In this document: positions 13,386 through 24,985 of the stretch, one piece after another
Layout: every line of letters starts with the position of its first letter
How positions within the stretch are numbered: the first letter of the stretch is position 1
From: Felis catus
Taxonomy: Eukaryota
Direction of reading: 5' to 3'
NCBI RefSeq assembly: GCF_018350175.1
Contig: NC_058368.1
Coordinates: forward strand, 201,688,001-201,752,000
Length of the DNA stretch: 64,000 nucleotides
The notes under the pieces: model-generated
Told to the model about the DNA's origin: nothing
The model's input: the letters and a program-made list of their open reading frames with translations, nothing else
The model's database searches: none
Made by a program: the position numbers and the translations under genes

Positions 13386-14104
13386 GATCATATAGATAAA
13401 TAATCTTTATAATCTCATGGCTCCCTCCACAACTCTGACACACTGCTCCGTGAGAAAATACTTTGGATGGCAGCTCAATCTCTTGATAACCAAATACAGA
13501 GTATAGCCTCCACTTCCCATAGAGGTATCTATGAGTCCTATATACATATTGAGTTTTCTGTGATGTTTTGCTTTGGACCTCATAAGTCTGATATTATTCC
13601 AAAGCTTCATAGTGCAAAGGATGATGAAGGTCACTGCACCCCAGGCCATGTGAGTTGGTATGACAATTTCTGGGTTTTATTCTGCTGCATTTTGCAGAAC
13701 ATAGCCTGTTCCAGTGGCCCCTCGTGGAGATGCTCATTCAACATTCTGTGAACGGAGCATTTGATTTGCCATCAGCAGCCTGGGCAGAGGATAGGGCACT
13801 GGAATTGATCTAAAGGCCTTCTAGAGCAGACATTCCCAGGATTCTGCTGGACTTGTTGGCAAAACTCTCTAAGTGTTGTGAGTAGCATTTATATTAGCAG
13901 CTGTTCTTTTCATTCCTATGAGGTCCTCTCACTGGCCAAGGTCTTTTTCTGGGCCATTATAAATGCCAAAATTAATTCAAAAGGCATGGATAAAAACTTT
14001 TTATAAGCACTGCATAAAAGTGATTCAGTTCAGCAAACCCTTTGGCATGTGGATTCTGTGCTTAGCATTGTGCTGATCAGAGAGAGGGAGACAAAATCAC
14101 AGGG

Positions 14105-14290
14105 CAGGTAAGAGTGTGAAGTCAAGTTGGATGGCCTTGGTTCCACCATTCAGTGAATTTGTGACCTTGGCCAAATCCCCGTGCCCTTTTGCCTCATTGT
14201 TCTAATATGTAAAATGGGATAATAATGGGATCAACCACAAAGCTTATTGTATTGAGAACAATGCCTTGTACGTAGCATTAATAATCATCA
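14105..14290 (+). mobile_element. MIR SINE
   Basis: MIR core gtgaccttggccaaat...gcctcattgttctaatatgtaaaatgggataataat. Confidence 0.75.
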
Positions 14291-15796
14291 TTATCATTCT
14301 TATCGATAAGGACCTCACAGACTGTATAGTCCTTCAAGGTGACCTCCTTTGTATCCACCCAGTGTCCAGCAGAGAACCTGAAGCATAGTTAGCTACTTAC
14401 TTTTTTTTTTTTTCAGTTCTACTCAGTACTGAAATGCATCAAGGTGCTTATTATGTCCTATTAGAAAATTGCCTTATTTTCAGCCCTGATTCATTTTGCT
14501 GGGGAAAATCTATACCTTATGTACCACGTAAGCATCTAGGGTGGTTAGATGGGTAGATACCCATCTAGGATATCTCCTGGTTCTTTGGCTCTCTGTCTAC
14601 CCTCAGTTTGCATTTCAGGATTATTGGAGTTTAAGAGGGAGAGTGGAGAAGATAAGGAAAGCAAACAGAGATGAGAAAGGCAAAGTCAAGGTAAAAGGAG
14701 GGGAGGCCAAAAGAAGACACAGCTCCAAGCACCAAAAGGGAATAAAATTAATGGAAAGCTATTCCCTTCCCCTGCACACTCACTCTGTTTCACTCTCGTG
14801 TGGCCCTCGTGCAGTTCCCCTGCTTAGAAGGCCTGCCTCCTCCTTCCCCCACGCACCCGAATCCTTGGTCCAAGGATGTGTTTCTACTGGGCCCACTGGA
14901 GTATTTTCATCACAAGGCAGACTTCCCTGATCGGTGTGAGAGGCGCTGCTCAGAGGCCCAAATGTGATCTTGCTGCTTTCACTCATGAATTCGTGAAAGG
15001 CCCTCGGAAGTCGGCACGTTCACGAAGGCATACTGAGTGCCTACTCTGTAGCAGGCACTGGACTAGAGCTAATGAGGGAAATTAATAACATCAGGGCCTC
15101 AGTCTCAGAAGACATAAGGAGACATCAGTGTGAATGAATAGTTGGATCAGGGAAATAACTTTAGACGGAAGGACATATGGGTGCTGGGTAGACAAAGTAG
15201 GAATGACTAAGTAATGCTATACAGGACTTTTCTTGGCTACATATCCAGTCTTCCTCAAATCTCATTCTTTTCTCGCAACACTCAATTATCTTGGTCAGTT
15301 ATATTCAATAATTGTTTATTGAGTACCTACTGTATGTTAAACTTCGCAGAAAGCTAAAGTATACATGATATTTCCTTTCTTCTTGGGTCTTTACAGAATA
15401 GTAGGCAGAACAAACCAAACCAAATCAAAACCAAAACCAAAACAACCTCATGATGTATCTCTAAACAATACAGATCACAGCGTGGAAGGAGTTCATGGAA
15501 GAGACAGAGCTTAGCTTGGGCTTGCAGATATAGATAGATTCGGATTGGTACCCAGGGCCTTCTGAGCAAGGATGGAAACTTGGGGCCTGAGAGCAGACAG
15601 GCTCATGGTCCGAGTGCCGGGAAAGGACAGGTAGTGGGCGATAAGGTTGGATTGATGGGAACAGTCAAATTATGCAGAGCCTAAAAATCCCAGGGTGAAC
15701 AAGTCTAATTAATTAGAGTCTTCACTATGTATTCTGTGCTCAGGACCCCATTCTGCACTTTCTGGGAAAACAAATGGTTGATGAAGGAATTACAGG

Positions 15797-15832
<36 letters not shown>

Positions 15833-16269
15833 CAATTAAACACACTAGATAGTTCCGTTGTGAAGAACAATTGATATCTTACAGCCTGGGCTTAATATTT
15901 AACTTCTTGCCTTTGCCAATCTTATTAAATGTCAGTCCCTGTCACTGCTTTTAAACCTCTTCACCTTGATCTCTCTGCTGTTGTGAGGTCCGCTGGTGGT
16001 TACGTGGAAAACGGTGGTTTCCTAGATTCCTAAATCATGCTCACTTCGCTCACCGTTTGTCTGCAAGCCCCAAAAGGATGACAGCTTGTCAGCAGTGTCG
16101 CAACCCAGTGTGGGCCAGCCTTTCACCTTCTCGCCTTCCAGACTGACGTTTCTGAAAATATGTCAGCACACATGGCTTGGAGGACGCTTGTGGAGGTGTG
16201 GGTAAAAGCTCAGCTGCAGTCAGGCTGAGGAAAGCACTTGCATAGATAAATAAAATGAAAAACAGCAGA

Positions 16270-16422
16270 TAGATATTATATATAACATATATTTATATTC
16301 ACAATATAATTATAATATATAATGTTTATAATAATATAATTTGTAACATAATATATATTTATAATATTTATAAATGAGATATATATATATGCGTATACAT
16401 ATATATACATATATATATATAT
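16270..16422. repeat. AT-rich low-complexity/(TA)n tract
   Basis: Direct read. Confidence 0.9.
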
Positions 16423-17501
16423 CCACCTGAATAGCTAGACGACTTGAAAGAGGTGATGGTGACATTGCTACAAGCAAAACCCAACTAAGTGGGCATTTAA
16501 ACAAGCTGAATATCATTTCTAAAAAGTAGCACGGGAAATAAGAGTCAGGGTTAACATGAGGCCTCTAGCTAGGGGGCTGAGAAATCAATTTCTCTTGAGC
16601 CTCTTCTTGGGATCAGAGGGCTCCAAGATTGTTATCCCACTTTCCCTGCTGCTTTTGACCTGGACTCCTTTGCCCTGTTGGCTATGGAAGGAATGAAAGG
16701 CAGCTTCCTACCTTCCCTCCTGGTGCCCAACTCCTCAACCCACATCAACAGAGGAAAACACATGGCTAATCTTCCCAGATTCTCTGAGGACTCTCCCAAC
16801 TGGGAAAGAGGACTTTAGCTTAGTTGGGATCCCTTCCCAATCCTCTTTCTTTTTTGCCCATAGGAAAAAAAAAAACTAGTCCCAAGGATAATCAAAGGAA
16901 TCAAGTATCTTCATCTAATATGGCAAAGGAAATTTCACTGTGTGTCTCCTGGGAATTTCATAAATGAAGCCAAAACAGTAAGTTTATCCCTACAGAGAAT
17001 GACAGGAGAAACATCAGAGCCTAGGGACTACAGTTCAGAGGGAAAGGAGAGTCTTACGGGTTTACCCTCACTTTTTGTTTCATTTCTCTAGCCAACAACC
17101 ACACTAATCCTGACCCCGCCTGGACGGGCTTTGAGGCAAAAAAACAGGTGGTGAGGAAGGTATCAAGATAGCTGTATTTTCAAGACAGAATAGGAAACAG
17201 AGAACCAGGATCCCAAGTTGAGGTTTAACTATTTTCCTTTTTCCTAGAGGGGATTTCTAGTTGCTAGGGGCACAAATAGCATCTTGTTGTACTGAATTTG
17301 TAAAACGAGATTTAGACATACTAATTTATCCCCAGTTCGTGGTTTGGTGCTATTGGGATGGATGGGCAGAAACTAGTTAAGGAAGTGCCCTTAGCATACA
17401 ACAATACTGCTCTGCCACAGAATCTTCAAATTGTATGTTGTTATTCGTTCAAAAATATTTGCTAACTTATTCACGTCTTGGAGGATGCCAAAAAAATAAA
17501 C

Positions 17502-17504
<3 letters not shown>

Positions 17505-17544
<40 letters not shown>
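17505..17544. repeat. (GT)20 microsatellite
   Basis: Direct read. Confidence 0.97.
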
Positions 17545-17547
<3 letters not shown>

Positions 17548-17725
17548 AATCTGGAGGAGCTTCCAGTCCAGTGGCAGAAATGAGGCAAGGCTGTTGCTCT
17601 TAACTATAGCAGAATATGACAAGAAATGTTCAAACTAATGGCTGTAACATTATTTAGAAGAAAAAAGATTCATTGCATCTGGAGACAGGCTTCAGAGAAG
17701 AGGTAGGATTTCCTTTGAGATTTTT

Positions 17726-17887
17726 TTAAAGTTTGCTTATTTACTTTGAAAGAGGAGGGGCAGAGAGAATTCCAGGCACTGACGGTGCAGAGTCCAACTG
17801 GGGGCTCGAACCCGCGAACCATGAGACAATGACCTGAGCCTAAACCAAGAGTTGGATGCTTAACCAACTGAGCCACCCAGGTACCCC
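17726..17887 (-). mobile_element. CanSINE (short)
   Basis: TSD tcctttgagattttt on both sides (17711.., 17888..). Confidence 0.92.
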
Positions 17888-18788
17888 TCCTTTGAGATTT
17901 TTAGAGATTAAAACCAACTGATGGGATGGTGGTAACGGGTAGAATGACTTGAGTCACAGGGAAATGGGGGTGAGGAAAGACATAGAATTAACAAAGTCCA
18001 AGGTGTGCTGGATTCAGGGATTAATGGGGATCCTGGTTTGATTGGAAATAAAAGTCATCTGAAGTGATACATATGTCCAGGTGGAAAACTGTTCCGTTTC
18101 TTCAGAGCTTGGATGCCGTGTTAGAATGTGTGGTCCATGCAGTAATGAGAAACTACAACATCTGGACAGGGCAGGGCAAGGGCAGGACAGGACCTTGACG
18201 AGGAGGTCTATGAGTCGATGAGAGGTTTCCTTCCATGTCCCCACCTGTCACATCGTGCAGCATCCTGAATTGTAACTGCCCCAATCTGTACTCTCTTAGT
18301 GATTGTGGACTCTTAAGGCAGGAACCACCTCTTGAAGATAAAAACAAGCATCTGGAGAACATGTGTCACAGAAACTGGCGTCCACACTGGGCTAAAAAAT
18401 ACACGTTTTGAATAGATAAAGTATTAGAACTGACGAATATTGTTGCATTCCAGGGGAACAGAGATATTTTGCATGCAGATTTGACAGTTCTTGGAGACTG
18501 AGTGGATGTAGCGGGCAAGGGAAATTGTTTTCAACGTGGTCACTTCGGGAATGGAGGTGCCTTGGACAGAAATAAGGTAGTCAGCGAGCCATCGGCACTG
18601 CTATCTCGATGGGAAAATGGGAAAATGTGCTGGTGCACCATTCCAAACCCTCATTCTTAGAATTATGCAAGCTGAACTAGCATTCTTGATCTCTGGAAAC
18701 AGATGTCACTCACACAATAGTAGAAAACAAAAATCACTGTTTATGAAATTTACTATCCACTTACATACTTTTTAAAAACTTGTTTACT

Positions 18789-19025
18789 GGGGCGCCTGGG
18801 TGGCGCAGTCGGTTAAGCGTCCGACTTCAGCCAGGTCACGATCTCACGGTCCGTGAGTTCGAGCCCCGCGTCAGGCTCTGGGCTGATGGCTCAGAGCCTG
18901 GAGTCTGTTTCCGATTCTGTGTCTCCCTCTCTCTCTGCCCCTCCCTCGTTCATGCTCTGTCTCTCTCTGTCCCAAAAATAAAATAAAATGTTGAAAAAAA
19001 AAATTAAAAAAAAATAAAAAAAAAT
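18789..19025 (+). mobile_element. Young felid CanSINE (SINEC_Fc1-like)
   Basis: CpG-intact head GGGGCGCCTGGGTGGCGCAGTCGGTTAAGCGTCCG; long A tail; perfect 15-bp TSD AAAAACTTGTTTACT. Confidence 0.96.
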
Positions 19026-20928
19026 AAAAACTTGTTTACTAAAAAGCAAATCATGCATTTGTCTGATGATTTTTGAATGTCTATATGTAGCTTGGTATCT
19101 TGCCTCATGCGCAACGTGTGACCAGTCCCTTTCACCCTCTACAAATTAAGGAAACTCCCATAAGGAGAATGGAAAGTGGTGGATCAATATTGTTCATTGT
19201 TATATTACGTAGCTAAATGGTAACACTGTGCTGTTCCTTCTCCCAAATCATCCCGGTTAGGTAGCAGAAGTGGAAAAGGTCTGATAGAAGTGGGGAGGGA
19301 CTGCGGTCACCTTCCGTCCAAAGTGATGGGCCTCACTCTTTGTCACTTTCTTCAATAATGCTAGCAGAAATTTTAAAATGCTATTCAATTACAAGGCTTT
19401 ATAAAATTAAACACTGAATGTTTACTAGATTAAAGTTAGGAAATTAACCTAACATTAGCAAAGAGGGACTAATGGTGGTGGTACCTAGAGTATGATGTTC
19501 AGGAATGCAGTTTTTTTTTACACAAAAAGCACCAGAAACAGTGTTAACTATGTCAGTGCTCCAAGAAAACTATAAAGCATTGCAGGAATTTGGAGCAGGG
19601 AGACATCATTTATGGCTGGGTGATCCAGAAAGTATTCATGTACTTGAGGGTACATGAGTTTGGCCTTGAATTATGGATAGATTTGCAATAGGCATATACT
19701 CAGGGGAAAAGATTCCAAATAATAATAAATTGCAGAAAGCTACACTGCTTTACGGCTGCTGGAGCTCAGCACTAGAATATTGATTATGCTATAAGCCTAC
19801 AACTATTAAGAAATACGTATCCCAGAAGTTAACCCAGAAACACATAAAGAATAGAAATGTTCCCAATTACACAGCTGCAAAAATTTAGTTAGATGTCACA
19901 AAGTAGTAAGTATAATAAAATTCAGGTTCGTTACAATTTATACCATGTTAGAAGCAAGCAATTCCTTTAGAAGGAACCTTATTTCACCATTGCCTTATAA
20001 TTATAGATGTACTTAATTCCATCACTGATTTATTTTTATTGGTAATGAGGATTAGTACTTTAGCTTAAAGTATCTCTCTTCTATGTATGTCAAGTAGTTA
20101 ATGACCTGTAAATGAACTCTTAAATATGCTAAAGAAGCTCATTATTTAAGGTAATTATTTAGCAAAGCAATGATCCTTTGATTATGCAAATTACTGACAT
20201 TAAATTATAAATCTGCAAGTATCCGGTCTTCTGTTTCATTCTGGGGCCTCTAAATGACCTTCCAATCCAGGTATTGCTTGGTCCAAGGGTCTTGTCAAGG
20301 GTGACAATAGAGAGTAGATGTTAGCAACAGCCAGGGGTTTCTAGATTTTCTTCAGCTGATGGAGTTGGAGCTGGCGCCCATGATGACGATGATAACGATG
20401 ACGGTGATGGTGATGTGGCTTGTTAGATTCCTCCTGCTGAGTAGCTGTTTAGACTTATGAATATATTATGTGCCAACTATAAGACATATTCTAAAGATTT
20501 TTGGCTTTAAGGTCACTGTATTTGAAGACGATCTTCATCAGATAGACATTTGTAAGTTAGTTTTTATGTACATACTAAGGCACCGAAAATAATCTGTGCC
20601 TGGTACCAAGGAAGAGGGGTGACTAGGGGGAAGAAGCAGGCAGTCAATAAACCTTTTCATTGTGTGCTAAGTGAGATAGATGAGCTCTGGTCAGATACTC
20701 GGAGATTTAGAAGAATCATCTGGTCCAGTCTGGGAGTAAGAGGGAAGGTGTTGAAAGAAGTGAGAAGAGATTAAAGCTAAGAGGGTAAAAATTGGAAATG
20801 GGGAGCGGGGCTGTCTTGGGCAAAGAGAAAGCATGTGAGAGGAAGTGAGTAGCAATGGGCTGTTCTCTGGACTGCATATAATTCAGTGTGGCTCCAGTGC
20901 TGAGTATAAGCATCGCAGGGGTGGTGGT

Positions 20929-20993
20929 GAGGGAATAAAGAGAAGGAGTCAGGAGGGAATAAAGAGAAGGCTGGAGAGGGAATAAAGAGAAGG
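20929..20993 (+). repeat. Three exact copies of GAGGGAATAAAGAGAAGG (18 bp) with 6- and 5-nt spacers
   Basis: Copies at 20929-20946, 20953-20970 and 20976-20993. Confidence 0.9.
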
Positions 20994-21092
20994 GGTCAGA
21001 AGTTTTATTTTGAAAGATATGTTAGGAGACGTTGAAAGATTTTAAGTAAAGGGCTTACAAAATCAAGTGTGCATTTTAGAAAGATCACTTTA

Positions 21093-21300
21093 GGGGCACC
21101 TTGGGTGGCTCAGTCGGGTGAGCATCCGACTTCGGCTCAGGTCATGATCTCGCAGTTCGTGATTTCGAGCCCTGCGTCGGGCTCTGTGCTGACGGCTCAG
21201 AGCCTGGAGCCTGCTTCGGATTCTGTGTCTCCCTCTCTCTCTGCCCCTAACCCGCTTGCATTTTGTCTCTGTCTCTCTCAAAAATAAACATTAAAAAAAA
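21093..21300 (+). mobile_element. CanSINE (SINEC_Fc type)
   Basis: 17-bp TSD TTAGAAAGATCACTTTA (21076-21092, 21301-21317). Confidence 0.96.
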
Positions 21301-21519
21301 TTAGAAAGATCACTTTAACTAGAGCCAGTTGTGATATTAAAAGTATCTAGTAGCCTATTTAGCGGGGATCTAAGGGCAGGAGGGTCTGATGTTTCCCGAG
21401 TTAACTCTTTAGTTGCTTTCTCCAGACATGTGCCACTGGAGTCAGTGTCTATTTACTAACATACAGAGGTATTCAGTATCCAAGCAATCATAAGGCTGTA
21501 TTCATATGTGCTGGCTGGA

Positions 21520-22040
21520 TATCTGTTCTGGGTAGAAGGCACCAGATTCAGTGGAGAGCCACTGGAAGTTACTGATATAACCCACGTAAAAGTGAACAAA
21601 GGAAGTCACAGGAGAGATCAAGATACTTGAACGCACTCAAGACACAAAGAGAAATTAAATGGCTTGGCTATTAATTGGTGGGGATTGAGTGAAAGGGAGG
21701 GTAACAGGAAACGACTTGTCTCCCGGCTTGAGTAAACAGGTGGATGGGGTGGCCATTCATTGGTTCACTGAGAGAAGTCTGAAAGGAGAGGAGAATGGCT
21801 GGGGGGTGGGGACACCCGTGAGTTATCTCTGGAACACTGAGGAAGAGATGTTTGTTTACCATCATTTGATCCTACCAATTTGAAGCCCGGGAGAGAGACA
21901 GGACCAAGAGGTGCAGCTTAGGAATCATCATTACAGGTGGGAGTTGGAGCCATTCACGGTGGACAGTGTCTTCCAAGTGGAGCATGTAGAGGAAGGTACC
22001 ATCATCTTGGGCAGTGAATCTTAAGTATTTCCTAGGATAT
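21520..22040 (-). mobile_element. L2 fragment
   Basis: Purine-rich reverse-L2 text (ggcttgagtaaacaggtggatggggtggccattc..., ggaatcatcattacaggtgggagttggagcc). Confidence 0.6.
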
Positions 22041-22048
22041 AGTGCTTT

Positions 22049-22050
<2 letters not shown>

Positions 22051-22087
<37 letters not shown>

Positions 22088-22267
22088 ATTTGACAACATG
22101 CACATAATTCAACGGATCCAGGAAATGACATATCATACCAAACCAGATATGGGATTTATTAACCTACTGCAACTATTTACAAATCTCAGTATTTATAGGT
22201 TTCATAGGTGAAGGGTGAAGGGTGAAGTGCATTCACAACCATGCCCTCTTGTGGATCAGAACATCCT

Positions 22268-22304
<37 letters not shown>
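22051..22304. repeat. Two (CA)n microsatellites: (AC)17 at 22051-22084 and (CA)18 at 22269-22304
   Basis: Direct read. Confidence 0.95.
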
Positions 22305-22309
<5 letters not shown>

Positions 22310-24095
22310 CTTCACATGCAGGATATGTGTTTACAGATTTGATGTAGAGAGACGCTCTTGAGTTAGCTCTTCTCTCTTTCCCCAATACTAAAAGGAGTAA
22401 GAGAATCTTGGTATCTCCAATAAAAAATTCAGAGGAAAAGGATTCTCAAGTTATATTAAGGTATGCTAACATGGAAACTGAACCTCTTGTTTACCAATTT
22501 ACTGTTTTTTTCCTAAGTCTTATGTCTTGTCTACCCATTCTTTCTCTCAGTTCCTCCTCTCAGGCCCTTGTACCTGTGAGAATTACTGAAACCAATTTAA
22601 AGCTTCTTGCTTTCTGCCTCTCTCAGAGATCCTTCCGAACATGGCTGCCAGCATACTTCCAAAACCCCGTTTCCATGATGTCACTCACCCAGAGCTGACA
22701 ATGATTTTTCCATTTGCAATTACATCAAGTGCAGACTTCTTTCCCTCCAGGCTCTCCAGAATAAGATCACACCTAGCCGATGAATGGTTTTAATGATTCC
22801 CTGGTAGAGTTCTTTAAGGCAATCAGAACTAAATCTTCACTGACTCACCCCCCCTGGTCTACTGAAATTCTTACACTTGTTTTCTGTTTTGCGGATCTGG
22901 GATCTCAGAAATAATAAACAAGGTTTATTAGAAAGAAAGAGCACAGAGAGGAAGACTCAGAAACTCTGATCCTAGGTTTGGAGCCTAGTGACCCATTTGA
23001 CAGGCTATTTAATTTCTTATCTATAAGAGTTAAATCTGCTAACACATTTCATAGTTACTCTAAAGGGTAAATGAGACAATCTACGTGAACGTGCTTTCTA
23101 AATTATAAAGTGCTAAAGCAAATCCTATGTAATCAAAATTTCTCTTATCTGAAATTCAAGAATACATGATTTTTAAACTATGTATGTTTGATAGCTTTGA
23201 AATCTTCAGTGTTCTTGATACAAGTTAGAAGTCACTACTACCTGAAATAATTAAAAAGAGAGACCTGGAGGTTGGGAACAGAAATAGAGGCCAAATAAAT
23301 ACTCAACAATCCTCAGGGATCCTCAACGTTGACTTTCCAAAAGAGCAGGCTTAAAGGGACTTTAAGTTAACCTAGGATGTAGAAATACAGTCTTGCCAAC
23401 TATATTCCTGTGACGAGGAATGCAGGTATGTGTCAGAGGGAATGGAAGCTCCAGAAGTCAGTAAGACTGAGAAGTCACAAGGAGATTACCAAAAATGTGA
23501 AGAATCGAAAGCTAAAAATTACAAACATGAAGTGCTTTCTAATACATGTATTAATTACAACAAAGAAGAAACAGACATGCAAGTAAATTATTATAACTTT
23601 GTTGCAAAAGGATTACAAAGAGTATCCGGTGAATAAGTAAACAGAAATTAGTAATACACTACTCGTTAACACTAATGAAAGGATTCAAAACATCACTTGC
23701 ATTGCAGTTTTTAGTTGAATGGATTCAAGTTATTTGGGAGTTTTTGTAGGTTCACTCAAGACCCTTGCATCTGTAAGCCAACTTCTCATCATGTGCCAGT
23801 GTTCCTCTCCTTTTTGTTTTGAAAGCCTTGGCTTCGGGTTAGGGAAGGCCAATGGGATACTGAGGGGCCAGCTAACACCATGGGTCTCCCATGGTGGTTC
23901 CCCCGTAGCTATGATGTGGTTCATCTGTTCTTCTAAGCGGTTTTTGGAATTTGGTCTTTTCCATTCAATAGTGTTGTTTTTATGTGATTCGTGAATTATT
24001 TCCAAACATGTTTTTGCTTTTCAAAAACAGACTGAAGGCTCCTTAAGGCCAACACAAATTCTAACGCTATTTCTTATAAGAATATTGTGACTGTG

Positions 24096-24317
24096 GGGGC
24101 GCCTGGGTGGCTCAGTCAGTTGAGTGTCTGACTTCGGCTCAGGTCATGATCTCATGGTCCATGAGTTCAAGCCCCGCGGTCGGGCTCTGTGCTGACAGCT
24201 TGGAGGATGAAGCCTCTTTCAGATTCTGTGTCTCCCTCTCTCTCTACCCCTCCCCCACTCACGCTGTCTCTGTCCCTCAAAAATAAATAAATGTTAAATA
24301 TATATATATATATATAA
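24096..24317 (+). mobile_element. CanSINE with (TA)n tail
   Basis: TSD aagaatattgtgactgtg / aagaatatcgtgactgtg. Confidence 0.95.
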
Positions 24318-24979
24318 AAGAATATCGTGACTGTGAATATGCATCACAGACCCTTAACAAGTATTTCTAGAGTAACTGACATAAACAGAAGTTTGCTATC
24401 TATGGTTTCTCAGCTATAAATGTAACAGGAGTAAAAAAAATTACTTTATCTCTTATGAGAATATAAACTTAGTTCCTCATATTTACTATTAATGTGTTTA
24501 GAAAACCAAATTTGTTTATGGACTAAGGTCTTACTCAGTTAATGAGATGTATGTTACAAAAAGTAGTGGTTTAAAAATCATTTTCCAATTACTAATCAAG
24601 TCAGGTTAGAAAATTCAAGATAGTTCACGTGAAGTGCTCCTTTTGACAGTATGCTGAGGTGTTTACAAAGCATATATACAAAACGTATAAAACTCTTTTG
24701 TTTCAATCCTCTGTTTCTTGACAGAATTTGAAATTAACATGACCAATTAAGTCTATCACGACTATCTGGGGCAATGCTGACAAGATGGGTTTTTTTCTTT
24801 TATTCCCTCCTATTTTAGAAGTACTTTACAAGTGAAAAGGGCAACATCATTTTTAGAGTTTGTTGAGAACTTCAAATATCTAGTCCCCAGAAGCAAGATT
24901 CATCGTGAGGAGTAGCTAAGGTCTCACCGAGTTTTCAAAATAGTGCCCACATATACCGTACTTGTTGAACAAATTCAGA

Positions 24980-24985
24980 TTTATT
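24980..24985 (-). terminator. Candidate distal polyadenylation signal AATAAA
   Basis: Reads ...ctttcAATAAAtctgaatttgttcaacaag then a GT-rich tract (tacggtatatgtggg); lies near the end of the SINE-free block. Confidence 0.5.

Larger units (their letters stand above)
8800..14030 (-). mobile_element. Decayed Ty3/Gypsy LTR-retrotransposon internal region (gag ... RNase H - integrase), interrupted by younger repeats
   Basis: Manual minus-strand translation across frameshifts. Gag-like FCQQVQQNPG (~13850) and CQSCGGSHE (13414-13440). RT-connection LLNFY...KATVA...W(D)ASCEDAF (12070-12210). RNase H LTTDASPY..V....LPDG..VPVA (11910-11991). Integrase DCLL..RTVI...RKKLLKEV (~10930-11002), FLIV (9654-9665), DGHAETL (9439-9459), NTPH (9356-9367), and C-terminal VFVN...TNGPVWCCHLEK (~8840-9215). 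Confidence 0.8.

Noticed and set aside
20929..20993. Three identical 18-bp repeats with short unique spacers (CRISPR-like look)
   Set aside because: Spacers are only 5-6 nt, there are no cas genes and the context is mammalian; a simple local tandem duplication
1..24900. The known LF-SINE-derived ISL1 enhancer in the PARP8-ISL1 desert
   Set aside because: No LF-SINE-like sequence recognised here; it probably lies beyond the left edge
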